DNA of 64,000 bases. It comes from an uncultured candidate division Zixibacteria bacterium. Its GTDB lineage: Bacteria; Zixibacteria; MSB-5A5; GN15; FEB-12. The first letter of the stretch is position 1. Each line of letters begins with the position of its first letter. The position numbers and the translations under genes were made by a program. Below the pieces are notes generated by a model. It was not told where the DNA came from. It saw only the letters and a program-made list of their open reading frames with translations, and did not search any database. Below are positions 1 to 13,030 of the stretch, in pieces. The stretch spans positions 960,001-1,024,000 of the forward strand of contig CAWDXE010000001.1 of the NCBI GenBank assembly GCA_963806185.1. Reading direction: 5' to 3'.

Positions 1-1981
1 CACGTCCCCGACAGTGTGAGATCGCCGTTGATCGTGCCCACACTGGTGAGCGTCTTAACGCCACTTCCACTTAGCGTGAGATTGTGATATGCCGTAGGCT
101 TCACCGTCTGCGCTCCACCGCTGTAGTTGACAGTGTTGGCGCCGGCGGAAGCGTCAAGAGTGGTGATGGCCGACGTGCCGCCGATAGTGAGGGCGGCACC
201 AGTTCCTTGAACCAGATCCCCGGCCCCACTCAAGGCAGTGGAAACCGCGAAATTTGTCGCGTTGTTGGTGAGCGTAACCGCGTTGACGGTCACGTTGCTG
301 ATTGTGAGAGCGTTGCCGCCGTCAACGGTCTGGGGATTAGTACCAAAGGTATAGACTCCGGTACCGGAACTGAACGTGGTTCCGTTGTAGGTGAGTCCTC
401 CCTGAAGGGTGATCGCCGAGTTACCGGCATTTGTCCAGGAACCACCCGAGTCGATTGTGATCCGACCGTTATACGTCTTCGTGCCGGTTGCTGAGGAATG
501 GGCGAGTGTCCCGCCCACCGAGGTCGTGCCTGTCACGGTCAGGTCGAAACCGGCCACCGTAAACGTCGTGCCAGTGCCGACCGTGAGGTTTCCGCCGATC
601 GCAGTAGCTACTGCTGTAGCGGCTGTACATGTTCCTGACAAGGTGAGGTTGCCGCTGATGGTCCCCACGCCGGTGAGCGTCTTGGCGCCGCTTCCGCTCA
701 GGGTGAGGTGCTGATAGGCGATGGGCTTGACCGTCTGGGCCGCTCCATTGTAGTTGACGAGGTTGAGAGCGGCGGTACAGGTGAGAGTGGTGATGGCGGA
801 GGTACCGCCGATATTGAGGGTGGCGCCGGCTCCATTGGTAAGCGTGCCGGTCCCCGCGAGCGCCGTACTCACAGTCAGGACGCCGTTGTTGGTGACGGTT
901 CCGTTGGTGGTGAGATTCGGAATTGGGACAATGCTGGCACCGCTAATAGTCTTGGTTGCACCGCTAAACGTGTAGACCCCCGTACCCGCGTTGATCGTGC
1001 CATCATTGCGAAGACTTCCGGCCAGATCTATTGATTCGTTGCCGGAGGTGTTGTCCCAGAGTCCCCCGTTGTTGATAGTGATGTCGCCGGTGAAGGTCTT
1101 GGTGCCGGTCGATGAGGTGAAGGCGAGTCGGCCGGTCACGCTGGTCGATCCGGAAACCGTGAACGTGTAGGGACCAACCGTGAGAGTACCGCTCGCGACG
1201 GTGAGGGCGCCGCCGATGGTAGTTGTGCCGGTGAGAGTCACGCCACCGGAGGTATTGCTGACAGTGACATTGGCATAGGTGGTATACGTACCCAGGGTCT
1301 GTGCCGCGCTACCGTTGAAGTTGATAGTGCCGGCCCCGCCGGTGGTGAGCGTGCCACCACTTTCGAAATTGCCACCGACGTTGACTGTACTCGCGCCGGT
1401 AGAGATGAATTGTGCCTGGGCCGCCGTACCGGTAAACGTGACAGATCCGGCGACGGTGATGGTGCCGGTGCTGACAGTGACAACGCAGGTACGTCCGGCA
1501 GTGGCACTGCCGGGAATGGCAATGCTCGCAACATTGAGCGTACCGGCGCCAACATTAATTGTGGCCGTGCCTGCCGTTGGTGACGTCATCGCAATCGCAC
1601 CACTCACATTCAATAGTATGCCGGAACTGACAGTGATGCCATTCGTCCCACCTGTATTGGCAGCGATTGTTACCGAAGTAGCCTCCGCGTCAACCGCGAC
1701 GGTGACCACGTGACTGCTCGCGATTGTCACGTCATCTCCTGCTCCCGGCGGCACACCGCCAACCCAGGTCGTGCCGGCATCCCAGTTACCGCTTTGTGCC
1801 GTAACTATGCCGGCCGCCCGGGCGCGTGTTGCCGCAACGGATATAGACAGAAGGATTAGCGCAACTAGTAGGAGTCTTGAAGTTTGAATGCAGTGAGACA
1901 GGGCAACCTGAAGTATTCCCCGTCTTGATCTGAAATCCCCCCGCGGATACCGGGCGCGAACGGATCGCGGGCAATATCCAT
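1..1981 (-). CDS. Large secreted Gly/Thr-rich beta-strand-repeat (adhesin/autotransporter-passenger-like) protein, N-terminal part; runs off the left edge
   Basis: Absent from the ORF track. Manual translation gives a signal-peptide-like SRLLLVALILLSISVAATRARA, then GIVTAQSGNWDAGTTWVGGVPPGAGDDVTI and repeats such as YHNLTLSGSGVKTL / YQHLTLSGSGAKTL; sampled segments at both ends are in the same frame. There is no in-frame start before the signal peptide; the ATG at 1981 joins the frame only if the C6 run at 1937-1942 has one more base. Confidence 0.8.
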
Positions 1982-2772
1982 TGACACCAGCCCGTTCACA
2001 GCACCAACGGGCAGGGTTGGTTTTGAAACACGCTCACGTTTAACTCCATTTCCAAAGCTGGATAGTAGTCGACAGTCCGACACCAAGAGCGACCAGCAGG
2101 CAATTGCCGGACTAATCGATAGGATCGGGACTGACAGCTAATTCTCGCATTCCAGATTGTCTACTTTGGTGTCGGCTTTCCCGGGGCGAACTTGAGTCAT
2201 CGATAACTCAACTGCCACTACGCAAGCTGATGAAACTGCAATGGGTTGCGCTCATGAAAAACGGAGCGGCAAGAACGCGCAGCCTGACCTCATCGGTAGG
2301 GCTTTCTCCAAGGTCAAGAACAACCGGACGATCAGGGACTCGTAGCTGTACGTTTTCAAGGTGGGCCTGCCCCACGCGCGTTCAGCCGCCAGGGAGTTGA
2401 CGACTCGACAGCGCAAACCCTTGGTTAGTGAACGGGCAGAGTTCGGCAACTGTTGCGCGCCCAACATCTTTACTGTCGGAGGCCGCTCGCCCAACTTTTC
2501 CACAATCTGCCTTCGTAGAATCCCCTGTATGTGGACCTCTTCAACCTCTGAAGGAATTCGCGCTTCTTCCGACCTACACAAGTAAGTAGAACTCCTCAGG
2601 TGCTTGCTATTGAAGCACTTCATGAAGTACGGCGACTTGTTTCCCGAGCAGCACACAAAGCGACGGACATGGGGAAACGAAGAAAGGGTTTTCACATGAC
2701 ACCAGACGACTGCGTTTGTGTGAACGAGTTCATAGCGCTTGCTGAGCATCGCTCCGATGGAGTATCGGTACG

Positions 2773-5271
2773 ATGAAGGTTTGCGTGACTCGCGAGCCTG
2801 CCGAAAAGGCGCTCGGACATGACGAAGAGAAGTATCGGATCCTACTCGAGGCGACCGGTTACGGTTTTGCCGTATTCGGTGATGACTGCAAAGTGATCGA
2901 CGCCAATCTGGAGTACGTTCGTCTTGCCGGCCGTTCCAACCCCAGCGAGGTGGTTGGGCACAGCATGATGGAATGGACCGCCGACGGTGAGCGCTCAAAG
3001 AGTGAGGCGGCGGTACGTGAATGCCTGAAGAAAGGCTCAATCAGGGGTCTGGAAGTCAATTACCTCAGTCTTTCCGGCACTATTATTCCAGTGGAAGTGA
3101 GCGCCATCGTTGTTGATTCGGGGAATGGTCCGCATATACTGGCTCTCTGCCGCGATATCTCGCAACCTCGGCCATCTGACAGGAAGCTGCGTGAAACCGA
3201 GCGGGGGCTGGCCGACGCCGAGGGCTTTGTCAGGAACATCCTTAATTCAATTGGAACCGGAATTGTTATTGTCGACGCCCTCACGCACGAGATCGTAGAA
3301 ATCAACGACTACGCGCTGAGACTTATCGGGACGGACCTGGATGCTGCCAGGGGGAGGGTGTGCCATCAGTTCATCTGCCCGGCCCAAAAGGGGGCCTGCC
3401 CCATCTCTGACCTGAAGAACACCGTAGACAATTCCGAGCGGGTGCTGCTAACCGCGAATGGGAGCATGATTCCCATCCTGAAGACAGTGACACCTATCAC
3501 CCGCCAGGGTCGACCGTATCTCATCGAGAGTTTCTGGGATATAACCGATCGCAAGCGGGCCGAAGAAGCGCTCAAGCTCGACGAGTCCCGCCTCGGCGCA
3601 CTGTTGCAACTGCACCAGATGATCAACGCGACGGAGAGCCAGATCACGCACTTCGCGATGGAGGAAGCGGTCCGCCTGACCGGCAGCACGATCGGCTATA
3701 TCGCATTTGCCGACGAAACCGAATCGGTATTGACCATGTACGCCTGGTCAAGTACGGCCATGAAGGAATGCCGGATTCAGGACAAACCGATTGTCTACCC
3801 AGTGAAGGATACCGGCCTGTGGGGTGAAGCTGTTCGCCAGCGCCGTCCGGTAGTCACCAACGAATACGCCGAGCCTAGTCCACTGAAGAAGGGAATCCCC
3901 GAGGGCCACGTCCGCATCGCGCGTCACATGAACGTGCCCATATTCGATAATGATCGCATTGTCATCGTCGCCGGCGTCGGTAATAAATCAACGGCCTACG
4001 ACGACACGGACATCCGGCAGTTGACTCTGCTTATGTCCGGGCTCTGGAGTATTGTGCAATACAGGCGGTCTCAGGAACAGGCTCTGACCCTTCAGGACAA
4101 ACTCGAACGCGCCGAGCGCATGGAGTCGCTCGGCGTACTGGCCGGAGGTGTCGCCCACGACCTCAATAACATGCTCGGACCGGTGGTCGGATTCTCGGAG
4201 TTGGTCCTACGCGATCTTCCCAACGATTCTAAAATTGCCAGTCGAGTGGCCAAAATTATGAAATCGGCCCAGGACGCGGCCGACGTCATTCAGGATCTGC
4301 TCACACTCGCCCGCCGCGGCCGCTATGAGATGTGTCCGCTGTTGCTCAACGACGTGATCACGTCGTATCTCGAGTCGCCGGGTTTTGCCAAACTCAAGGA
4401 ACGACACCCAAACGCGCAACTCGATCTTGCCCTGGCTCCCGACCTCAAGCCGATAAACGGGTCGCACGTGCATTTGTCAAAGGTCATTATGAACCTCGTC
4501 GCGAACGCCTGCGAAGCCATGCCCGATTCAGGGATTCTGTCATTGCAGACAGAAACACATCACATCAAAACGTTGTTCAGCGGCTATGCCAAAATCGAAG
4601 AGGGCGAGTACGTCGTCCTCAAGGTAAAGGACTCCGGCATCGGGATCAGCCAGGAGGATTTGGCCAAGATTTTCGAGCCGTACTATTCAAAGAAGAAGTT
4701 GGGTCTGAGCGGCAGTGGCCTCGGTCTTTCGGTCGTATACGGCGTTGCCAAGGACCATGGCGGCTACTATGACGTCTTTTCCGAACTCGGCCAAGGAACG
4801 GAATTTGTGTTGTACTTTCCGGTGTGCGGGGACGCGCTTCCGATCAAAGAAGATCAAATCAACATTGCCTTCGGCACCGAACACGTACTGATAGTCGACG
4901 ATAGCCCGGACCAGCGCGAGCTGGCGAAGGAAATTGTCTCGACTCTCGGCTATCGCGTGGATGTGGTTGAAGACGGCCACGAGGCACTGCGCTTCCTTAA
5001 GCGGCAATCCGTCGATATAATCATGCTGGATATGATCATGGAAACCGGCTTCGACGGCCTCGATACTTACCGGGAAATCCTGAAGATCCGATCCGATCAG
5101 AAGGTTGTCATAGTCAGCGGCTTCTCTGCCACCGAGAGAGTAGAGGCGATGCAGGCACTCGGTGCCGGTACGTATGTCAGAAAACCTTACAACATGAATT
5201 CCATCGCCAAAGCGCTCCGAGACGAACTGAACCAATTACCGAAAAATGCCATCATGCACACGACGACCTAG
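2773..5271 (+). CDS. Hybrid sensor histidine kinase (2 PAS, GAF, HisKA, HATPase, receiver)
   Basis: H-box LAGGVAHDLNN, N-box NLVANA, G-boxes DSGIG and GSGLGL, receiver VLIVDD...MLDMIM. Confidence 0.93.
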   Translation: MKVCVTREPAEKALGHDEEKYRILLEATGYGFAVFGDDCKVIDANLEYVRLAGRSNPSEVVGHSMMEWTADGERSKSEAAVRECLKKGSIRGLEVNYLSLSGTIIPVEVSAIVVDSGNGPHILALCRDISQPRPSDRKLRETERGLADAEGFVRNILNSIGTGIVIVDALTHEIVEINDYALRLIGTDLDAARGRVCHQFICPAQKGACPISDLKNTVDNSERVLLTANGSMIPILKTVTPITRQGRPYLIESFWDITDRKRAEEALKLDESRLGALLQLHQMINATESQITHFAMEEAVRLTGSTIGYIAFADETESVLTMYAWSSTAMKECRIQDKPIVYPVKDTGLWGEAVRQRRPVVTNEYAEPSPLKKGIPEGHVRIARHMNVPIFDNDRIVIVAGVGNKSTAYDDTDIRQLTLLMSGLWSIVQYRRSQEQALTLQDKLERAERMESLGVLAGGVAHDLNNMLGPVVGFSELVLRDLPNDSKIASRVAKIMKSAQDAADVIQDLLTLARRGRYEMCPLLLNDVITSYLESPGFAKLKERHPNAQLDLALAPDLKPINGSHVHLSKVIMNLVANACEAMPDSGILSLQTETHHIKTLFSGYAKIEEGEYVVLKVKDSGIGISQEDLAKIFEPYYSKKKLGLSGSGLGLSVVYGVAKDHGGYYDVFSELGQGTEFVLYFPVCGDALPIKEDQINIAFGTEHVLIVDDSPDQRELAKEIVSTLGYRVDVVEDGHEALRFLKRQSVDIIMLDMIMETGFDGLDTYREILKIRSDQKVVIVSGFSATERVEAMQALGAGTYVRKPYNMNSIAKALRDELNQLPKNAIMHTTT

Positions 5272-5361
5272 GTGAGTCTCCGGCCGATACTCACTCTATG
5301 AACAAGAGTGGTTGAGAATCAACTTTGTGTGCGAATGCAACAGGTTAGAATGGGCGCAGGT

Positions 5362-6850
5362 TCAGCCGGTACAGGTTTTCGCCTTTTCCAGGCTGGATTT
5401 CAGGCGCTGCAGGGATTCCTGCTGGCCGAGAATCTCAAGGATGTCGGTTGCTCCGCCGGGCGTGGCGCTCGTACCGGATATTGCAATCCTGACAGCCCAC
5501 ATAACGGTTCCTGTTTTCAAACCAAGAGATGTGCTAAGTTTCTTAAGTTCTTCCCACAGAGATTCGTTTTTCCACGGCTGGACGGTATTGAGAACCTCAA
5601 TTGCCGCCGGCAGAATTTGTTTTGTGCTATCGAGAGTGGCCTTCTGCCCCTTGTTTACGAACAGCTCGCAGTCAAAACTCGGGAAGAGCCTCAAAGAAAG
5701 CAATGTGCTGCGGAATCTGAGAGAATTTTTCAATGCGAGGCTGAATCAAGGCCATCAATTTGGCAATATCAATATCCCGCGTGATGACGCCCTTCACATG
5801 CGGTAACGCAAGTTCGCTGAATCGCTCTGGCGTCAACTTGCGGATATACATGCCATTAAACCAGAGCAACTTCTCGAAATCAAATATCGACGACGATTTG
5901 TTTATCCCTGATACGCGAAATCTCTGTACCAGCTCCCCGAGTGTGAAAAATTCCTCACTCGTGTCTTTCGGGCTCCAGCCAAGCAATGCAATATAATTGA
6001 CTATGCTTTCAGGCATGAAGCCGTCTTGAACAAGGTCCTGAAAGCTGACGGCACCGTGTCGCTTCGAGAGCTTGGATACCGTACCGTCCTCGCTCTTTCC
6101 CATAATCAATGGCAGATGTACATACGCGGGACGTTCCCAACCGAAGTGATCATAGAGGATAACATACTGTGGAGTCGACGAGAGATATTCCGATCCGCGA
6201 ACAACGTGCGTCACTCCCATAAGGTGGTCGTCAACTACGTGGGCAAAATTGTAGGTTGGATAACCATCTGATTTGATGAGCACACTATCCTGGAGGTCCG
6301 AATTCGCTCGCGAAATACTACCGAAAACCAGGTCATCGAAGGTGGTCGTTCCGTCCAGCGGCACTTTCTGGCGAATCACATAGGGCATACCGCTCTGGAG
6401 CTTGTCACTTACTTCCTCCGGCGACAGGTTCCTGCAATGTCGGCCATAGCCGTAACTGCTACTATCTTCGGTCGCTTCATCGGGTTCCTGATTGCCGCAG
6501 AAGCAGTAGTACGCGTGGCCGGCGGAAATCAGTCTCTCAGCATATTCAATGTAAATGTCCTTCCTCTCACTTTGCACATAAGGGCCATTGGCCCCCCCTT
6601 TGCCCGGCCCTTCATCGTACTGTAGACCTGCCAGATTAAGCGTGTCGTAGATGATTTGAATGGCGTTCTCAACCAGTCGTTTTCTATCCGTATCTTCGAT
6701 GCGAAGTATGAATGTCCCGCCATTGGACTTTGCCAACAAGTATGAGTACAGTGCCGTGCGAAGATTACCAATGTGCATGTAACCAGAGGGGCTGGGTGCA
6801 AAGCGTGTGACAACCTTATCCTTGTTCATTCCATCCAATACCGGTTTCAT
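5362..6850 (-). CDS. gltX: Glutamate--tRNA ligase, split by a +1 frameshift in the A4 run at 5674-5677
   Basis: RFAPSPSGYMHIGN, RIEDTD and KLSKR motifs; the anticodon-binding C-terminus continues in ORF 5362..5733; removing one base joins ...ALPEF-DCELF... Confidence 0.9.
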
Positions 6851-6876
6851 ATGCTGACGATAGACTGTTTCTCGAT

Positions 6877-8886
6877 CTACGACTTGTACTGGCTGATCTG
6901 CGCAGCGTGCTTCTCGAAGAAATCAAAATGCGGCGGAAGCGCTTTGAATTCATGCGTCGCAAAATCGCCCACAAAAGCATCCAGCGGATCGAAGATCCGG
7001 TTCCACGACCAGAATTCTTCACCGACTCCAAAATACTCACGTATCAATTCGGTGCCGCGAGGAGCTATCGGATGCACCAGGACGGCCGCGATGCGCACGT
7101 AATGGAACAGATCAGTGAGAGCCTGGGGATCGATACCGCCGGTCGACTCAGATTTTGAGTGCTTTGCCCAGAACTTCGAAATATCACGAATATACTTGTC
7201 CACTGTTATCATGACTTGCTGGAATTGATGCGCATGCATCTGTCGTTCATACGTCAGCACGGTCTGGCTCGACGCGCTTCGCGCTTCTTCACTTACCTTG
7301 TTGGCGGGCAGGCGGCCACTGAACTCCTTCTGAACGGTGTAGAAACAGGATCTGGCACAGCGATTGAGCACATTGCTGAGCAGATTTCCCTCAACCAGCA
7401 CCGGATCGGCATCTTGCGGCTTGGCGTCGGGATCAAAGGCCTTTGGTTTGAAACTCACGCCCTGCTTTCCGAGTCCAAGCCCGAAGAAGTGAGCCCGCAA
7501 TTGATCCGAGGTGTAATGATCAAGCAGTTCCGTGGCGGCGGGAGGTTTAATGGGGCCGCTGCTGCTGATCTTCTTATTGAGAAACTGCACATGTTTATTT
7601 ACGACCAGCACCGGTAGCCGCATTGTCCCTTCAGGAGGAGGAAGTGCCGGCCGTTTGCCCTGCAGGCCGAGAAACATGGCCATTTCTGCCGGACCATAGA
7701 AATAGACGTTGTCTTCGCCGATGAACTGAAAGACGGAAGCGTCTTTGGAACACCACCATGCTTCCCACCCTGACGTGTTCGCCAGTCCACTCTGGCAGCA
7801 ATAGGCCGTAAATGAAATAGGGGCGAACAGCGACTCCGGCCATACCCACCAGGTTCGTTCCGGTTCGTTTTCCAAGACTGGCGCCGGCAGGCCCCATTCC
7901 TGATTGCCGGTCAAGCGAAATGGCACAAACGTCTTGCCGGTCCGAAAACGGAAACCGGCCGCGACAAGTGTCGCGCAGGCTTGCTCCCGTTCTTCAAGAC
8001 TTTCGAAAACCAATCCCACGGATTGGCTCTTGCTGCTTCGCTCAGTGTACCCGTGAACCGATCCCAGGATCTTATTGACCGATTCCAGATCATCTTTTTT
8101 GACAAAGACAATCGGCGGTTCAAAGAATTCCCTGATAGCTTTGACGGCAAACGGACGACCCTGTGGGCTTTCTTCTATTTCGCCAAGCCAACCTTCGAGC
8201 AGAGTCCTGAATTTGGGAACATCAACGTACCAGTTGCTGACCTGCTTGAGTACCGGTACCGATCCGGAAAGCGTACTCTTGGGGTTAATGAGATCCTGTG
8301 GTTCATATTGATGCCCCAATGAGCACTCGTCAGCATACCCCTTATCGGAGCCGCAACCGTCGATCGGGCAGATCCCTTCGACCTGGCGACCATTCAGAAA
8401 CATGGAAGTCACAGAATCATAGAATTGCTGACCCGACCTCTGGGTCAGGTGCCCCTCCTCAAATAGCCGTTTCATTAGTTGCTCGCACAGCTCCTTATGT
8501 GTCTTTGCGGGGCCGTCGAGAGCCGAGGCGGCAAACAGATTGAGCGAAATACCAAAAGCGGATAGGGACGCTTTTTGCAGCTCGTGGTTTTGGCGTACGA
8601 ACTGCTCAATACTGCCGGTAAAACCCTTCTCCGACACAGCGACCCGAAAGGCTTCGACAATCGAAGACCCATAGCAATCAGTGCCGGACACGAAGAGTAC
8701 ATTCTCTTTGCCGATACGATCACGAAGGAAACGGGCAAAGATATCCGCGTGTACAAAAACCCCGCCGATGTGGCCAAAGTGAAGGTCCTTGTTACCGTAC
8801 GGCATGCCCGCGGTCACGATGGCACGACGCGGAAAGGTCGGACGAGTATCACGATCCCCTGATTTATCCGGAGCAAAAGAATTCAT
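6877..8886 (-). CDS. metG: Methionine--tRNA ligase, divergent short form
   Basis: TAGMPYGNKDLHFGH (HIGH-like), SGTDCYG, Zn knuckle CPIDGC...ECSLGH, WWVWPES, FIGEDNVYF; KISSS in place of KMSKS; start set at ATG 8886. Confidence 0.82.
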   Translation of the reverse strand: MNSFAPDKSGDRDTRPTFPRRAIVTAGMPYGNKDLHFGHIGGVFVHADIFARFLRDRIGKENVLFVSGTDCYGSSIVEAFRVAVSEKGFTGSIEQFVRQNHELQKASLSAFGISLNLFAASALDGPAKTHKELCEQLMKRLFEEGHLTQRSGQQFYDSVTSMFLNGRQVEGICPIDGCGSDKGYADECSLGHQYEPQDLINPKSTLSGSVPVLKQVSNWYVDVPKFRTLLEGWLGEIEESPQGRPFAVKAIREFFEPPIVFVKKDDLESVNKILGSVHGYTERSSKSQSVGLVFESLEEREQACATLVAAGFRFRTGKTFVPFRLTGNQEWGLPAPVLENEPERTWWVWPESLFAPISFTAYCCQSGLANTSGWEAWWCSKDASVFQFIGEDNVYFYGPAEMAMFLGLQGKRPALPPPEGTMRLPVLVVNKHVQFLNKKISSSGPIKPPAATELLDHYTSDQLRAHFFGLGLGKQGVSFKPKAFDPDAKPQDADPVLVEGNLLSNVLNRCARSCFYTVQKEFSGRLPANKVSEEARSASSQTVLTYERQMHAHQFQQVMITVDKYIRDISKFWAKHSKSESTGGIDPQALTDLFHYVRIAAVLVHPIAPRGTELIREYFGVGEEFWSWNRIFDPLDAFVGDFATHEFKALPPHFDFFEKHAAQISQYKS

Positions 8887-9052
8887 TTGGCCTTGTAACC
8901 TCTGGAACTGCTTATAGTAAGGTCGCTTTTTATGGCAGACAACATAGGTGATTGTCACGGCAGTTGCAACATGTTCTTCAGCAGGCACTTTCCCGGGCCC
9001 GGACGAAAATCACGCCCGGCGATTGACGACAGGTATCCCGTAAATTTCTCTC

Positions 9053-9085
9053 TTGACATTGTCTAAATTAGTACTTAATCTAATT
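9053..9085 (+). promoter_or_regulatory. Sigma70 promoter for a leaderless transcript, overlapped by an AATTAG-N8-CTAATT inverted repeat (candidate Fur/PerR-family operator)
   Basis: TTGACA 9053-9058, 17 bp spacer, TAATCT 9076-9081, ATG at 9088. Confidence 0.65.
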
Positions 9086-9087
9086 CC

Positions 9088-9486
9088 ATGAAAGACGCCA
9101 TCTCGATCCTGCGACAGTGTGATATTCAGCCAACGCCTCAGCGGATTGCTGTTGTCGAGTGCATCTTGGCCAGTAAGACCCACCCGACTGCCGACGACGT
9201 CCTGATCCTCGCTCGAAAGAAGTGCCCGACCGTTTCTCGAGCCACGGTTTACAACACCCTGAACCTACTCGTCGAAAAGAAGCTTGTTGGTATGCAGACG
9301 ATCAGGGAAGGTGCCGTTATTTTTGATCCCAATATTCAGAAGCACCATCATCTCATCGATGAAGACACTGGTGACATACATGACATTCCGTGGGATCAAT
9401 TGGAGGTTAAAGGAATTAAGAAATTCGAGGATTTCGAGATTCTGGAGTTTCAGGTGATATTGCGAGGAAAGCGGAGAAGGAAATGA
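9088..9486 (+). CDS. Fur-family transcriptional regulator (PerR/Irr-like)
   Basis: TPQR, HPTAD, VSRATVYNTL and HHHLIDEDTG motifs; no CxxC zinc site; directly upstream of katG. Confidence 0.9.
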   Translation: MKDAISILRQCDIQPTPQRIAVVECILASKTHPTADDVLILARKKCPTVSRATVYNTLNLLVEKKLVGMQTIREGAVIFDPNIQKHHHLIDEDTGDIHDIPWDQLEVKGIKKFEDFEILEFQVILRGKRRRK

Positions 9487-9611
9487 TTTTTTTGTCCGGC
9501 AGTGACACTCTGTTTAAACATAGACTGTCTCTGCCTTTCCCCGTTGCCGGAAGCGATCGTGAATCCACACAGATATTGACAATCACGCGTATGAACGTTT
9601 GTACTTTGTAA

Positions 9612-11822
<2,211 letters not shown>

Positions 11823-11859
11823 TCGACTGGGTGGTTCGGGACATAGTCTGCATTTGTAG

Positions 11860-11896
11860 CCGCAACCGGGCATCGGAATATCCGAACCGGTTGCGG
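11860..11896 (+). terminator. Stem-loop after katG (terminator or REP-like)
   Basis: CCGCAACCGG / CCGGTTGCGG inverted repeat with inner TCGGA/TCCGA. Confidence 0.5.
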
Positions 11897-11975
11897 TGTT
11901 AGAACAAATCCCACTATGTCAACATATGCGAAAGAGTAGACCAGTCATCACTAGCTTGAATCCAAGGAGTGCATT

Positions 11976-12372
11976 GTGGCACTATTAGTCGGAGCGATCC
12001 TTGCAATTGCGGTAGCGATATTGGCGACCAGCGTCGGGCTGGATCGCGACCGGGCCTTTTATCCAGTCGTCACAATTGTCGTCGCCTCTTACTATGCGCT
12101 CTTTGCGGCCATGGGAGCTTCCACCGATACAATCGTTCTGGAGTCACTGGTCGGCGTGGCCTTTCTGGCGCTCGCAGTGGTGGGTTTCAGATCGTCGCTC
12201 TGGATCGTTATGGTTGCGCTTGGCGGGGCACGGCATTTTCGACCTCAGCCATGGGCTTATCATATCAAATCCGGGCATGCCGAATTGGTGGCCAAAATTC
12301 TGTTCCACATTCGATGTTTTGTTGGCGGCGTACCTGGCCTGGCAGCTCAAAACGGGGCGCATCCGAGGGTGA
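11976..12372 (+). CDS. Small multi-pass membrane protein, frameshifted near 12218
   Basis: AAGGAG RBS; hydrophobic N-half in ORF 11976.. (GLDRDRAFYPVVTIVVASYYALFA) continues in the frame of ORF 12076..12372 (LAGHGIFD...NPGMPNWWPKFC). Confidence 0.7.
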
Positions 12373-13030
12373 TGGGCTTTACGATTGTTTGGGCCGCATG
12401 CGCGAATCCTTCAAGGCGTACCTGCGTACCAAGAGGCTGACCACTCCGACTATGCGAATAGACGTCTGAGTCAAGTACGCTTCAACCATTACCTGGGAGA
12501 TCGTATGGTCATTCAGCAGCATGAACACCAGGGGCATGGCCATTCCCGGCGTTGCGGCCCCAAACTCACTCTCCTCTAACTCCTGTGGGCCTCATTCTTC
12601 CGATCCGATTGTAGTACATGACGGTCATGGAGAGTCGTTGGAAGGCAATCCACTGAGGAGACCTGTGCAAATAGGATGGACCTATTTCAGGAATGGAGGC
12701 AGGGAAATCGATCCCCAAAATTCGCGTTGTGGGACAAGGATTTACTAGCCATTGTGGCCAGATTGTGACGCTTTTTTGCATTCTCAGAAGCGTCGGTATG
12801 GCCCGAGTCAATCCACACAATTATGGGCGACACTGTCGAAGCGTCGTCAGGCCGCCGCTCCGCAATAATCTAGAAGATAACGTATATCCATGTAGTATAT
12901 TATCGGAGCTGTCGCGCCCATCATTCCAGTTCTTTTTTGGCAGGTCCAACAACTTTGCGACGATTGGTACATATCGAGGTCCCCCTCTCACGAAGACAGA
13001 AGTGCAATTTAGTATAACGAGGTTCGTGTT

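Noticed and set aside
84..1713. Several plus-strand Val/Pro-rich ORFs
   Set aside because: Shadows of the minus-strand Gly/Thr-rich adhesin frame
2050..2770. Long intergenic region with a 10-bp inverted repeat (CCGACACCAA / TTGGTGTCGG)
   Set aside because: No recognisable riboswitch or credible ORF; a single short repeat is insufficient evidence
12373..13030. Short ORFs between the membrane gene and the fibre gene
   Set aside because: No motifs or consistent RBS; probably decayed or non-coding sequence
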